NCBI GenBank assembly: GCA_038496445.1 | Contig: JALMLS010000215.1 | Location: 253,670 to 317,669, forward strand | Direction: 5' to 3' | From: Trichosphaerium sp. ATCC 40318 | Lineage: Eukaryota > Protista > Tubulinea | Length of the DNA stretch: 64,000 bases | In this document: positions 13,156-26,600 of the stretch, in pieces | How the letters are laid out: every line of letters begins with the position of its first letter | Numbering within the stretch: position 1 is the stretch's first letter | Position numbers and translations under genes: made by a program | The notes under the pieces: generated by a model | Database searches by the model: none | What the model was told of the DNA's origin: nothing | What the model saw: the letters and a program-made list of their open reading frames with translations, nothing else

Positions 13156-14233
13156 TTACTTGAACAATGACGCAACTTGTTCGTCTTGTTGCTACACATG
13201 ATGTTAATAACAATCGAAAGAAATAAACAAACACAGAGAAAATTACTAGCAAATTACAAGGAAAAAATAACCATAACATACCTCACGTTTTGCACGGCCT
13301 GGTTTCTTCAACAATTTCAAAAATTCGTTCTTGTTAACACTATTGTCTTCTGAAAAAAAAATCAGAGTCAATCCTTGCTTGCACTTTGCAAATGTTCATT
13401 TTAAAAAGTATTAACGTACCGCTTGCTTGCTTGCTCTTTTGTACTTTTTTGATGGTATTCAAGAGCTGTACGACACCTTTCATGCCTGTTTTACGCAAGT
13501 ATGCCTCGTATGAATAGTCATTAATTTCATGTCGCAATCGCACGTGACCTTGTTGGCGTAGTAAAGCGTTTGCTGTGCTCTAAGGGAAACAGTATAAGTG
13601 ACATGTGTTTTATCCATTAAGAATATAATTTTCTGGAGTCGTACGTAGCGCTTTTTTCGTTCTTGTTCTTTGGCTTCTTTGTCTATTTTTTTCATGATGA
13701 GACGTTTACCAAGAATAAAGTCCTTTTAGGCTGAATTAGCGGGTTTTTTGTAAAAGAAACGTCTAAATCTTACTTCTTTGTTATCAATAGATGTTACAAT
13801 ACGATTAAACGCATTAGCAAAGCCTACAGGCGCTGCTACTTCTGTCTCCATCTTCTGTGGCTCAGATTCTCCTTCGTCGCCACCATCTACGCGTACAGTA
13901 AGGAGAGGAGTATGAGAAACAAATTTTACGATTATCTACATTTTTCTCAACTGTAAAATTTAATTACCGTTTGAGCTCGCTCCTTCGCCATCATTTGCAA
14001 TACCACCATCAGTTCGCGCTTTTTTCGCTGCCTCTACCTTTTCGAATTGTCTTTTACGCTTTTCACGCTTTTTATAACTGCCAAAAGCTTAGATTTTTAT
14101 TTACTACGGTTTGACAGTATTAATACCTGAAACGGTACTTATCACGGCGTTCTTGTTTATCTTCCTTTTTCTCTGTAAAGTCTACAACACCAAGTTCAAC
14201 TTTTTTGGCCTTTTGAGGCGCTTTGGTTGCCAT
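13156..14233 (-). CDS. RRP15: RRP15-like ribosome biogenesis protein
   Basis: Charged N-terminus, FANAFNRI, YEAYLRKTGMKGVVQLLNTIKKVQK (RRP15 LRKxAxxGVVQLFN signature), NEFLKLLK. Confidence 0.85.
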
Positions 14234-14503
14234 TACAAGCGTACTTCTAACTTAAAAGTGGTGAGATACGCGGCTTAGAAAAAGTTGAACAAAAAGATCG
14301 ACCTTCCGGAAAACCAACATAAATACCTTCACGCATTCCGCGACTAAAGTAAGAAACAACAATAACAAGCTTGGTGGAAGCAAAAAATATTTGTAGCAAC
14401 TACACACGGATGAAAGTGGTTTGTCAAGTGATTTTATTAACGTAGCGACCTTGTGGGCTATGAGTAAAACTTAAAAGGAAAGTAGCCAAAGCAGGCAGGG
14501 TGC

Positions 14504-15276
14504 TTATTTCAAGAAGATCATAACAGCGTCATGTTCGAAGCAGTGAGAGTTACACCATGAAGTACATTGGTAGGCACGCATGTCAGTACAGTAGTAGACG
14601 TCTAAAAAAAAAACTCATTAGTACAGAAAAAAAAAAATATTTAGTGCGTCAGTGATTGGCTAATAAAATACAACAAAATAAACTAAGCGTCACGAAACAA
14701 GTAATTTTTTGAATCGACACGTGAGGAGATTGATAGCCAGATTTTTTCGCCAAATGATCTGCTAACGTACGATCTTTGTATTGTCTGACTTTGTTACATA
14801 GTGGAGGTAATACGCCTCTAGCTGGGCCATAGCCTGGGTCTGGTACGCACAATTTGCCACCGGCGCTCTTCAATTGGGCGCATTGTCTACAATTAATATG
14901 AGTATACACTTATGTTTACCTCTACAATACTAGAATGTCTCCACAATTTACAAAAAAAAAAAATACTAAAAAATCTCGCCACCCTGCGAATGTAGTAAAA
15001 GTTTAGTGGTTCGTACTTGACTACTTCTACGAGAGCGTTCTTTTGGGCACGGTTACAAGCGTCATCGATGCTTTCACAGCTCGTAGCAATACCACATCCA
15101 GAGGTAACAGTTTCGTTACAGCCAAATAGATAGAGTGGAGGTGGTTGTGGAGGGAACGTCAGCTCAACCGGGTTCTGGGTGAAGTAGTTGTCTCCTTGGG
15201 ATTCGGTAGCTTCTACGGCTTCCTCGGCACAGTAGGCAATGGCTAAAAGTCCGACAAAAATTGCGAGCAGCTTCAT
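14504..15276 (-). CDS. Small secreted cysteine-rich protein, unknown function
   Basis: Signal peptide MKLLAIFVGLLAIAYC, many Cys, final exon ..YYCTDMRAYQCTSWCNSHCFEHDAVMIFLK*. Confidence 0.7.
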
Positions 15277-16167
15277 TTCGTTTGGCGCTTGTCTTTTAGT
15301 GTTGATAAAGCGCACAACAAAACTTGAGATATTTCACGTGTACGAACCACATTGCGAGATTAATAAGGCACTATATAGCCAACAACCCTTGCTCGTAACG
15401 CACATGGTAGAAATAAAGCGTGTGTGTTAAGAAGCAACCATCCGGAGATTTTATCAAATCTGACGTGTTCAGATTGTCTTCTTCGGTATCTCGGCCGCTT
15501 CGACACTCATTGATCTAACAAGTGTGTAAGCTCACCTAATTACTGCTACACGCCTGCTAAGCGTACAGAAACGCGAACTCCTCAAGCATTAACATTTAAT
15601 TTATTGTTTTCAAACCCAACAACATGCACGCAACCTGTAGTATGCGGCCCTGCGCCGTGTATCATTTTAATTGTGTTTGGATTTGCTGTGTGAGACTGTA
15701 TGTCAGGAAGGTTTTAGACAACGTAGAGGCGCTAGAGGGCAAGGAAATGCAATATTAGCCGTAGTTGGTTTTGAGATAAATTAATGCGAAGATACAGGTC
15801 ACTTTTTTGCGCGTTTAGTACGTGATTCTACATGTAGCGCCGTAGACAGAACGCGCTTTACGGCTTCATCTTTAGCTTACCTGTAACAACTACAATAATT
15901 GTCAAGCGTTTATACTACAACGACGCGAACCGTTGCAAATAACACTAAAACACGTGCACTAAATTCTGTTTGTACACTAGTGACAGCTTTTAATTGGGCG
16001 TACTTTTGAAGAAATGAGTATACATTCTAATTTTTACAACCTTGAAGTGTCAGGTGCGTCGTTAACGCAGTCGTTTCGTTTTTCTGTGAACATCACTTTA
16101 TTTCCTTTTGTCGTGAACAGAACTTTGATACAGCACCTTAAGTACAAACAACCAACATAAATTAAGG

Positions 16168-17474
16168 ATGCAACGTCGTTCAAAGCGCTTGGAACGTTTG
16201 AGAAAACAAAATGCTGAATTAGTAACTACCAGCAAAGGTACCGCGTAGTAGTATGTTATTTGGTGTTGAACAACCAACCCAGATAATTTTTCACGACCCA
16301 CTCGCTCAAAGCGTTTGAGGAAACAAAATACTGGATTCGTAATTACGAGCAAAGGTACCGCGTAGCAGTGCGTTATTTGGTATTGAACATCCAACGCAGA
16401 AAATTTTCTACGCGCCATGTTGGACGAACTGCCACTGGAAATCGTTGCCCACGTATTGTGGTTTGCGTCAGATTCAGTTAGGGGGCTAGCGCCACTGAGA
16501 CAAGTTTGGTACGCTTCCACCTTTGCAACGGCGCTTCATTTCACGTTTGTGCAAAGTAATTAATCCCCTTGCAGTCGAGAGCTCTGCCACTTGGTTTCTA
16601 CATTAGCCAGAGATTTGGTTGTGCTGTTCACAACTGAAACGGTTGTACCAACAAGAATCTGGCCAAGTCTAAGGAGCTTAACAATTTCCTTTGATGAAAG
16701 AGATGACTCTGGTGATGATAGGCTTAACAGCTTGTTCATTGCACATACAAATATTCAAAGCCTTACAATAATTGAAAAAGACTCAAGCAAGGATGGTACC
16801 CACAAAACTGATGTTCGATCTTTGTTTTCTTAATTACTTTGTCCTATAGATCCTTCAAGTTTTCATGATATGTTAAAATGGTACACGCCAAACCTACCTA
16901 ACCTAAGGCACCTCGAAATCGATTCACCTCACATGGATTTTAACTCTGTGAATTGTACGTTTTATCGAGTTTATAAAGTGAATAATTTAATGTCAAAGGG
17001 CCTGTGTGGAGTACATTATCAAGGATTACGTCACTTTCTCTTAACATGTGGATATCTGATGTTTCCTTTCTTGTAAATTTACCCAAACTGGAGTCCCTTA
17101 GTATACAAGGTGGAGTGTGTTTGGATACAAACGCATTCGCTCATTTGACAAGTTTGGAGAAAGTACATATTCGTCAAGAAACCGGGGACTTCCCGAAGCT
17201 TCATGACTCTGTTAAAAGCTTAAAGTACTACGAGTTTTGCGAAGATGATATGGAAACGTTGGGACAACTTACGCAATGTCAACTACTCGCTACCAACGCC
17301 GACGATGAAAGTACTGTAGCTCAGTTTTTCACAGCCCTACCCAAACTCAAGGGGTTATCGCTACTGTTTGACGAGCCAGCACAATTTGGCAAGATAAAAG
17401 TGCCTCACTGGTACGCCCATGATGACGCTGAAGGCTTTGGGCTCGAAGTGTTCTATGTACTTACAAACGAGTAA
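16168..17474 (+). CDS. F-box + leucine-rich-repeat protein
   Basis: F-box LDELPLEIVAHVLWFASDSVRGLAPLRQVCREL followed by LRRs (LPNLRHLEI, LPKLESLSI, LTSLEKVHI, LPKLKGLSL). Confidence 0.8.
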
Positions 17475-17864
17475 CGTTTGGTTGAAAAGAAAATGTAAAA
17501 ATTCAATAAACAAATTTATTCAATGTTCAATATCACTGAACCGAACAGTGAATGCATGTACAAGCTTCACGTGGTTGCACACTGGCTAATAGATTTACCA
17601 AAAGACCTTTTTAGCAAGTAAAACAAGATCACATTGGCGTACTATAAATGTAGAGTTGGATAGTTTCTAGAAGGTTCTATCAAGCTGACCCTCGCTTAAC
17701 TTGTTGAACGTGTAACACTGACATCAACAAGAACGTACGCGTTTTGCATGGACAATAATTACCTCATTTGTTTTACTCACAAATTTTTGATCACTATTGC
17801 TTGATAATAGTACTGACGCCAACTAATTGTTTGTAGTACCACTTTCTTTGGCGCGAAATAACAA

Positions 17865-19555
17865 ATGAGTTTTGAACTAGCAAAAGGTTTACGCATAGAA
17901 TCAGGAGAAGAGGCTAAGCCATACATAAAGGTACTTGCCCTGGTATGCTGCTCATACAATTAACAAGCGTAGGGTTTGGAAGAATGCAGCAATTGCCGCC
18001 ATATTTCTCTTTCCGGTAATTCACTTGGTGTGGGCGCTTCTAAGGCTATCGCAAGCGCCATTAGCAAACACAAAGATCTAGAGGCACGTAAATAGCGAAA
18101 CTAATCACTCAACGCGTAAAACTGCGTAAAACAAAACAATTAGAATAGAATGACATGTATGCCAAACTTTTCGGTCTCACAGCGCTCATAGGTTGCCAAC
18201 CTTGATGATATCTTCACAGGACGCCTCAAAGAGGAGATTCCACCTGCTCTAGAAGCTTTCGGAGAGGCTTTGGCTGATAAAGAGAAACTCATCACAATCG
18301 ATTACAGCGACAACGCGTTTGGCCCTCCAGGAGTCAGAGTACGGAATCCTTACGGGCAACTTGAGGTTCATCAACTGACACGTTCACTTATTAGGCTTTT
18401 CTACCTCTCATCGCAAAGAACCACTCTATCAGAAATCTACGTGTCAACAACGTTGGGTTAGTATCTTATTTTCTGATCTTGTTCTGAATACGTTTCTGGT
18501 TTGCTAACAAACAACTTCAATAGATTGACTAATCGCGGTGGAAGTCTTGTTGCGCGTGCACTCCTTGGCATGCCTTCGCCTACAGATGAGGAATTGGAAA
18601 GCGACGTCACACTGGAGGTACGAAACAAGACGAACTTTCAGTCAATTATTATTATTTTCCACGTATTTGTTTTTTGTGAAGATGTCACGGATCATGAACA
18701 ATTGCAAAATGTGACGATTGTTGTAGAAAGCAGACGCTGGAGAACCAAGCAAATACTGTAAAATTACACAAATCATTGCCGGAAGAAACCGTCTTGAAGA
18801 TCTTGGCGCAGTCGCCTTGGGTAAAGGTTAGTACACCACCAAACACTGCAACATCAAAGTTCTTATTTATTGCAAACACTAACGCGAGTTTTTAGCGTTC
18901 GGTCACCTCAAAACACTTGAGTCTGGTACGTTGAAACTATCTGATTTGTTTGTTGTTGCTTTTTGAAATACTTTTCTATTTTCTCTCTTTTTTGTGATTG
19001 TCGATGACTTTGATGCTGACCCTTTTGTCTCTCTGTTCAGTACGCATCCCTCAAAATGGTATAAACCCTCGCGGATCGATAGCGCTCGCAGCTGGACTTG
19101 CAGAAAACAAGGGATTGACGGAATTGGACATTTATGATAATAACTTCAATGTTGATGGGACAAAAGCACTTGCAAAAGCTATTCCTAAATTGAGTGCATT
19201 GAAGGTTCTAAACATGGGCGATTGCCTACCTGGGGATGGCTTAGATGACATCTTTGAAGCATTACACACTCAACCTAGCCTTGAAGAGCTCAACTTGGAG
19301 TACGACGAGATTGAGGATGAGCGATGTACATCACTCATTGCGCTATTGAAAAAATTGCCAAACTTGAAGAAATTAGATGTGAATGGCAATTGCTTCACTG
19401 TTGAACAAGTCGCTCAAATTAAAAAAATATTGGCTGATCATGGTAACCCTGATGCTCTTGGAGACATGGACGAGAATGAAATTGAGTTAGAAGACGAAGA
19501 GGAAGGCGATGATGACCTGTCAAAGGACATGGCAAAACTTGACATTAAAGATTAA
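17865..19555 (+). CDS. RANGAP1: Ran GTPase-activating protein (LRR + acidic tail)
   Basis: [58 protein letters not shown] and an acidic C-terminal tail. Confidence 0.95.
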
Positions 19556-19960
19556 AAAATACAAATGTAACTAAAAAATCAATCTTGGACAGTCCTAACC
19601 AGAAACTACTTGCACATCGACGCCCTTTTACTTCGTGAGCAATTTTCCATGGTCTTTTTCATAAGACCTTCTTTCGATAAAGTCTCGTTTTAGTGGTCAG
19701 GTTTATCGATAATCCATTTTTTAGTTAGCCATTACGAGTTACTCGTAACCTTACGCGCAAAATAGAACGTTTCCATTACATTCCTGGATTTCAAAGCTCT
19801 GTTTAGCCACAAGCGAAATGATGTATACTAGCATTTTGCTTTAAAAATGACAACCTCTGTGTTCTGTGAAAATTACGTACAAGTTAACATTTCAGATATC
19901 ACAACCCTCAAAAACTAAAGAAACTACAACAACAAAGGCTTTAGGAGTAGTAAGCGCAAA

Positions 19961-20621
19961 ATGCTGTCTCAAGAGCAAGAAATGGCGAAAAAACAATTTA
20001 GAGAGTTTAAAACGGCCTTGAGAAATGCACAACCACCCGGAAAAGCGTTAAAATGGCTCCTGCCACACGAGAAAAAGCTGTACAAAGAAGGAAAGCTACA
20101 AAACATCACACATAGAGGCGCAAAAGCAGTATGGCTCGAAGCGCTATCCAATACACCTGAAGAAGGACAGACAATTGTGTACAGGCACATGGGCGTTCCT
20201 GAAGTCCTTTTTTTGGTAGAACATGGTGTATTACCTGACACGTATGCCTACAGTACTAATGCGCCTGTGTATATAGCTCACACAACCTAGACAACCATAC
20301 CAAGCCATAATGGAAGGCGCACTGGGTAGGTGGTACGCAAACAAGTATCTAATTGGTCAAAAATGGACAGATACGCACCCTTGCACGATAGTAGAATTCA
20401 CGTGCCCTTCGTCATTGATTGCAACTTTAAAGGAAATGCAGACAAAAATAGAAGATGGTACAGTCTCAATGGGACTCGGAGACAAGGCTGGCAAGGGCCT
20501 ACCATTATTTAACAAGGGTTTAGCATCCGGAGAAGTAACATTTCGGATTGTTAAAGTAGTCGCAAAGGAGAACAGACAACCAACAAATCCAGTAGGTGGT
20601 AACAAGCAAAATAGAAAATGA
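19961..20621 (+). CDS. Conserved-looking hypothetical protein, possible ADP-ribosyltransferase-like fold
   Basis: Two exons joined in frame: TIVYRHMGVPEVLFLVEHGVLPDT|QPYQAIMEGALGRWYANKYL..TIVEF..LPLFN. Confidence 0.6.
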
Positions 20622-20838
20622 TCAGTCTTGAGAGCGCAGCAAAAACAAAAAAAAGGGAGACAAAGGTGTCACAATTACAACTACTACATTCAAGGCGTGC
20701 TAGTAGCACTGCCTGGATCACTACATATTATAACGCACCGCCAACCGCATAGTGCGGTGGCAGTGACAGTGGCATTAATAAGTGCTTCACATTAAAAAAA
20801 TTATCAAACATTCGGCAAACCGTCTACCATTCTTTTGG

Positions 20839-23331
20839 CTAGTCAGAACTTGACCCACTTTCAATCTCCTGTTTTGACAATAACACCTCCGCTTGATCAA
20901 CATCGTAGTCATCTAAAACCAAATTTGTCAGCAAAGAACTAAGTAGGTACAAAACAAAATCCAGAAAAAAAACCACGAATCAAATAAATAAAAACCATAC
21001 CACCATCTGTATCAGAACTCATGTCAACGTCTTCATCAACATTGTCACCGTCTTCGTCACTATCGTCGCTCTTGCTGTCATTGTTAAAATCTTCCATATA
21101 TTGTGAGTCCTCCATATCACCCTCATCGTCTGGACGCTCAGGTGTGATGCCGCATAATGGCTTGGCTGCAAGCTCTTCGCGTTTACTCAAGAATTTATCA
21201 TCTAGAACCTTCCAGGCTTCAGCGTTGGCATCCACAACCTTTTTGATATTCTCATCCATGCTAATTAGTTCCTTGATTGTACCGCCTAGGTTCAGTACGT
21301 GACCCATAAACGCCAACCGGACGCCTTGGCCATTATTATGATCCTCTGCAGTAGCGCTCTTTTCAGCAGCTTCACAGAGCCGTTTGATAATGTTTGTGTC
21401 TGTCAACACACGGACCTTCAGGTCTGTAGCTGATTCCAACACGTGCCTAAAGATCCGTTCTACCAAGTGGTGCACAAAATTGTTCCATTCAAAAGCAAAG
21501 AACAAATCCTAAGATGTGTAAGTCAAGACTACATTCTTTGTTTTCTTTTCATCAAAATCCAAACAAACTTGTCATGTACCAATGCAATGTTAAATAAACC
21601 TAATTCAAATATCTTCTCATCGACGGAATCAAAACCCAAGGCGAGGAGAGAGTTGAACAATTCCAAAATCTGCAATAACCAGTTATTTAATAAATGTTTT
21701 GCAAAAAAAACACTTTAAAAAAATAAGCAAAAACGAGACATACCTTTAGTCTGTGGAATCCAAACGCTTCAGTAGTTATATTAAATGAAAGGGAGACTGT
21801 TCGCTTCCAGTCTTCAGGGACATTGATTAGTAGAGCCTTGTATTGCTCCAAGTATTTAAATAAAGTGTCCAGCCACCTTGGAGGTGCTTCAAAATCAGGT
21901 TGTCTATCCTCCTCGTCCTCCTAAAATCGCAGTAAATAACAATAAACAGAGTATTTAAGAAACGGAACGGGATTGATAATTTTGCAAAGGGAGACATACC
22001 TCGGCTTCTATTATTCTGCGAATCATTGAAATAATGACTTCTGTGCCATGAAGCAACGAAGAGTTTTGACCCTCAGGTGCTAGTGTGTAATCAAGGAGTT
22101 GCGTCAATATTGCGTCGCTCTCCAGTTGTTGCATGAGCTTTGAATCATACGATGATACCACCATAATATCCAATAGTGCTTGACATCCATCTTCGTGGCT
22201 CTACGCAAATGGTAAATACCAGAACAGGCAAACAAAAAGTTTGATGCAAAATAAAAGAGATTGGGAATTTATACAAAAAAAAGTTACGAAATGACCAAAA
22301 ATTACGTAATTGTGAGTAGTGTGTACCTGAGAGTCTTGGCTAGGCTCAAATTTATCGATAATCTTTGTAATTAGTTTTGCCTCAAGGAGCCAATCCATGA
22401 CGCCTTCTCCTTCAATGTTGATGATCTTTGTGATAAAGTCGGTGATGGAAGGATTGCCAATGTGTTGTAGGAATCTATCCAAAAAATTTTCTTTGCCCCT
22501 CATGTACGCCAGTGTCTATTCATTAATTAATTACCTTCAAATAAATTTACAGAACGATGCGCATTAGTAGTTTTTTGAATAAAAACGGTCATCTGGTAGG
22601 TTGGGGATAAATATTTGAAAAAAATTTTATGATGTTCGCTAGCGCTATTGATGGACAAAAAAAAATACACCAGGCGTAAGGACTAATACCAAAAAAAAAA
22701 AAAGAAAGGTACAACACATCTCGCCATCTAGATCAAAACGTACTTCAGGTATCTTAGATACAAGCAATGATCCAGCCACACGACAAACACATATCGTTAA
22801 GAACCCTTCGAGTTGTTCTTGTTCAAAAAAATTGTAGAGCTTGTCCAGAAATTCAGTGTTTTCGCAGATGAAACTGTCAATTTCTGCCACCTCGGAGCAT
22901 AATATTTCACAAGCTACGCCAGGGTACCTTTTATGTATCAGCAGGCGTTGATTCTGAGGCGAAAAGGAACAAAAAAACCCAAAAGCGTACGGCACGCTTT
23001 TTTGCTACCGTTAATTATTGCCGTTACCTGTTTGTACGTTGCTCTGATGCGCCCTCGGGTGCTTCTTCAGTAATATACGCCAAAAGCTTTGTAATAGTTT
23101 CTGTTGTGGCGAGACTAAAGTGCAATTAGTGTGTTTTGCTAGTTTTGGTAGCATTGCAAAGTTTTACGCCATTACAGCCAGCACGTACAAATCGATCAGT
23201 TTGTCCTTGTGACTTCTTGTTTCAGTCACTACTTCGTCCTCGTCTAGCAAGTCCTCTAGCGCAAAGGAATCTTTCTGTAGAATGTCGTCTATCGCAGAAG
23301 GAAACGAGAAGTCTTTCCAAAAGTCACCCAT
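20839..23331 (-). CDS. SIT4/PP6 phosphatase-associated protein (SAPS family)
   Basis: FW..SAIDDILQKDSFALEDLLDEDEVV, YPGVACEILCSEV, LFFAFEWNNFVHHLVE, RLAFMGHV, acidic tail. Confidence 0.92.
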
Positions 23332-23694
23332 GATGTTAGTTAGCAAGAAGTAGTACTTTGTTAGCCTGTTTAATTAATCCAGGTGATTTTGGTCAAGAAT
23401 AAATCAAGACGAATAAGACCAAACTGACCCAATTAACAATGTGTCCTTTGTAAATTAATTTGTTGTTTTGCAACTATCAAAGATATACAATCGAAATTGA
23501 ACAAGTTTTTCGGCAACTGATAATTATATTGTTGTATTTTGTTCGTAGTTCGTAGTTATTGCCAGACGAAGGTTTTAGGCGCGAACGAAAAGCGGGAAAA
23601 ATACAAAAAACCCCAGAAAACTGAACAACAACAAGAAATAGGTGGATTGGCTTTAAACATGCTGATTTAATAGACACACTAAGTTTACATGAGT

Positions 23695-26600
23695 CTACAA
23701 GATTTTGAGTTTCTTCTTGAGGAATACAATGCATTGGAAGGCGGCTTTGTTCTAAAATTGGATAAGTAAAATAAAAACTGAGAAAAGTCCTCATTTTAAA
23801 GCGTACCTTCTTCAACCAATCGCGATGGTACATCTTCAAAGCGTCAATGTTTTTACGGGTGATGAGACTGTACAAATCGTCGCGGAAATCGAACTGACGT
23901 TCGTAAGTATACTCGGTACCACCAACGTTTTCAATCCTGACAGCAACCTCTTCACCTGCTTTAGCTTCATCCATAGGAGTGTTGTTCTTTTCGATGGCGG
24001 TAATCTCGCCAAGGACAAGGTTACCCTTTGAAGGAATAACAATCTTAGCACCCACTATTACACGTCCACATTCAACGTGTACACCCAAGATGATAGGCTT
24101 GTGCTTGCTAAGGAACACGTTAGCCCACAAAACGAATACAAACAAAAGGGTCTTGGTTTTTTTCAACCAAAAAGTAACGGAGGTGGGGAGGGAACGTACG
24201 CGATGATGAACTCAGGTAGAATGCGGAGCTGGAATGGGAACACTGTTTCGCCTTGTTCTTTCTCAATGGTGGAGTCAACATCGATAATGTAATCGCTAAA
24301 GTCGTCCTTGAGCTGGTAAATGATATCAGATGAGAAAATCTGGATTTTCATTTGATTTGCGATGAGCTTGGCTTCAGCTGAGATTTTAACGTCAAACGCG
24401 AGGATAACAGCGTATTTGCCAAACTCGTGTTCGAGCATAGTGGACGCTTTTATAACATCCTTTTTGTAAACGTCACCGATGCTGATGCCGCTCACTGGGA
24501 TGTCTTCGCTCTTTAAGAACTCTAGCAGAGCTTCCAGAGAACCCAAAGTTGAAGCCTAACAAAAAACCAGTTTTAGTGCACAAGGTCGTTTTGATATGAT
24601 TTTTGCGAGATTAAACGTACAACGACATATACACCAATAGGTTTCAAGTAATCTCCAAGTCCCTTGATGTCAGCCATAGCTCTCTTTTTGAGCTCTTCAA
24701 TATCGTCTCCAGGTTTGACGACATAGAGGTGAGAGCCGGCTACTGCTTTGTCCAAGTCTTGGGCAGCAATTTTCAAACCGACAGAAGCGCGAGCTACTGG
24801 GATGCGCTTGTATTGGCTCTTTTTGTCGCGTAATTCGCTCATTGGGCCGGGTTGAAGCAAGGCACGGATTGTAGTCACAATTGCGCCTCCCATACCACAT
24901 ACAACGATCCTGTCGCCCTCGTTCAGTGTACCGTTCGATAGAACGACATCAAGAGTGGTACCAAAACCTACAGTAGACTTGACTTCGAGGATAGTGCACT
25001 CCAGAGATGCCAATTGCAACAAACGGTTTCCCATTAGTTTCTGCGTCAATTGAATGACGAGAAGCATCAAATCAGGGACACCTTCGCCAGTCATAGCGGA
25101 TGTAGGTACCAAGGAGATGTAATCACGGTATTCCTGTACGGTTAAAAGTAAGTCAAGTGGAAACCTGCTAATCACTTAGTCTGTCGACTTGCTGCTTACC
25201 TTGTTCTCCCAGTAAACTTTGCTGTTGAGCTCTTGGCCAGCGAGTTCGGCGATAACGTGGTTCAAACGTCTGTTGTACTCCATCATGACTTGTTCGTTTT
25301 GTTTCTTGAGGGATTCGCGAATAGGGGCTCCTTCAGTTGATTGCCAGCCGTACAACATATCTACCTTGTTTACAGCAACTACAAAAGGTGTCTTTGATCG
25401 TGTTAAAAGGCCAATAGACTCAATCGTCTATTCACAATAGTAAGTATTGGATTTACAAAAAAAAATATCAAAAACAGAACACAAAAGGTGGTGGCGTACC
25501 TGCGGTTGAAGACCTTGCATGATATCTACCACTAGAATGGCAATATCGCACAGGGATGAACCACGCCTTCTCAAGTTGGAGAAGGACTCGTGTCCCGGTG
25601 TATCGACGATCAAAAGACCAGGTACTTGAATATTGACGTTGTACCTGGCATTGAGTCGAGCTGTCTGATCCTTCAATGTTTTGAGAGGGAAGAAGGTGGC
25701 ACCGATCTGCTGTGTAATACCGCCAGCTTCTCCTCCTTGAACGTTGGAGCGTCGCATGCGATCAAGCAGTTTGGTTTTACCGTGATCTACATGTCCGAGG
25801 ACGCACAAGATAGGTGAACGCATGTTGGACAACTTTTTGTTCTGGCCTTTTAGATTTTCAGCTTTTTTCTTGGCCAAAGCTGCCCTTCTTTTCTCTTCTT
25901 CAAGCTTCTTTTTTTGCTTTTTAGTGAGCACAGGTTCTTGTGGTTTTTCAGGCTCAACAACTTTTGGCTTCTCAGGTTCTGATTTAGCCTCAGCATGTTT
26001 GCTTTTGGCTTCATCTTCTTCATCCTCAGCGTCCCAGCTAGTAGGCACTGGTTCGGGTTCTTCTGCATCCCAGGCATCAGGTACAGAGTCTTCCCAGTTG
26101 TCAGCCGCATCGTCCTCGTTAGGCTCTTCGGCGGCTTTTGCCTCAGCTTCTGCTTTTAGTCGCGCAGCTTCGGCTTCTTGTTCAGCGGTATCTATAAACG
26201 ATAGTTAGTATTTATGAAAAAAAACCCATTTATAACTGTGTGAACAGGAGAAAAATATATCAAGAGGTAACGTACTATCTTCAAGGTCGTTGTAATCAAA
26301 ACCGCGTCTCTTCTTCTTTTTATTAGATTTGATGTTTTCGATTCTGCGTGTTTGTACGACAGGACCTATTCAGCTAATGTCAGGACAAACAAATATATGC
26401 ATTTTGGCTCAACTCAAAAAGAACGCAATGTACCTTCTTGTAAGCGTTTGGTAGGTGCGTATCTAGATTGACGCATTCTCAATTCAGCCTCTTCCTTTTC
26501 CTTTTTGGCTCTGATTTTTTCTTCTTTTTTCTTCTCCTAAACAGGCAAAATATTAGACGCATTGCTAGATAAATAGACATTCGTCAAACCGATAACGTAC

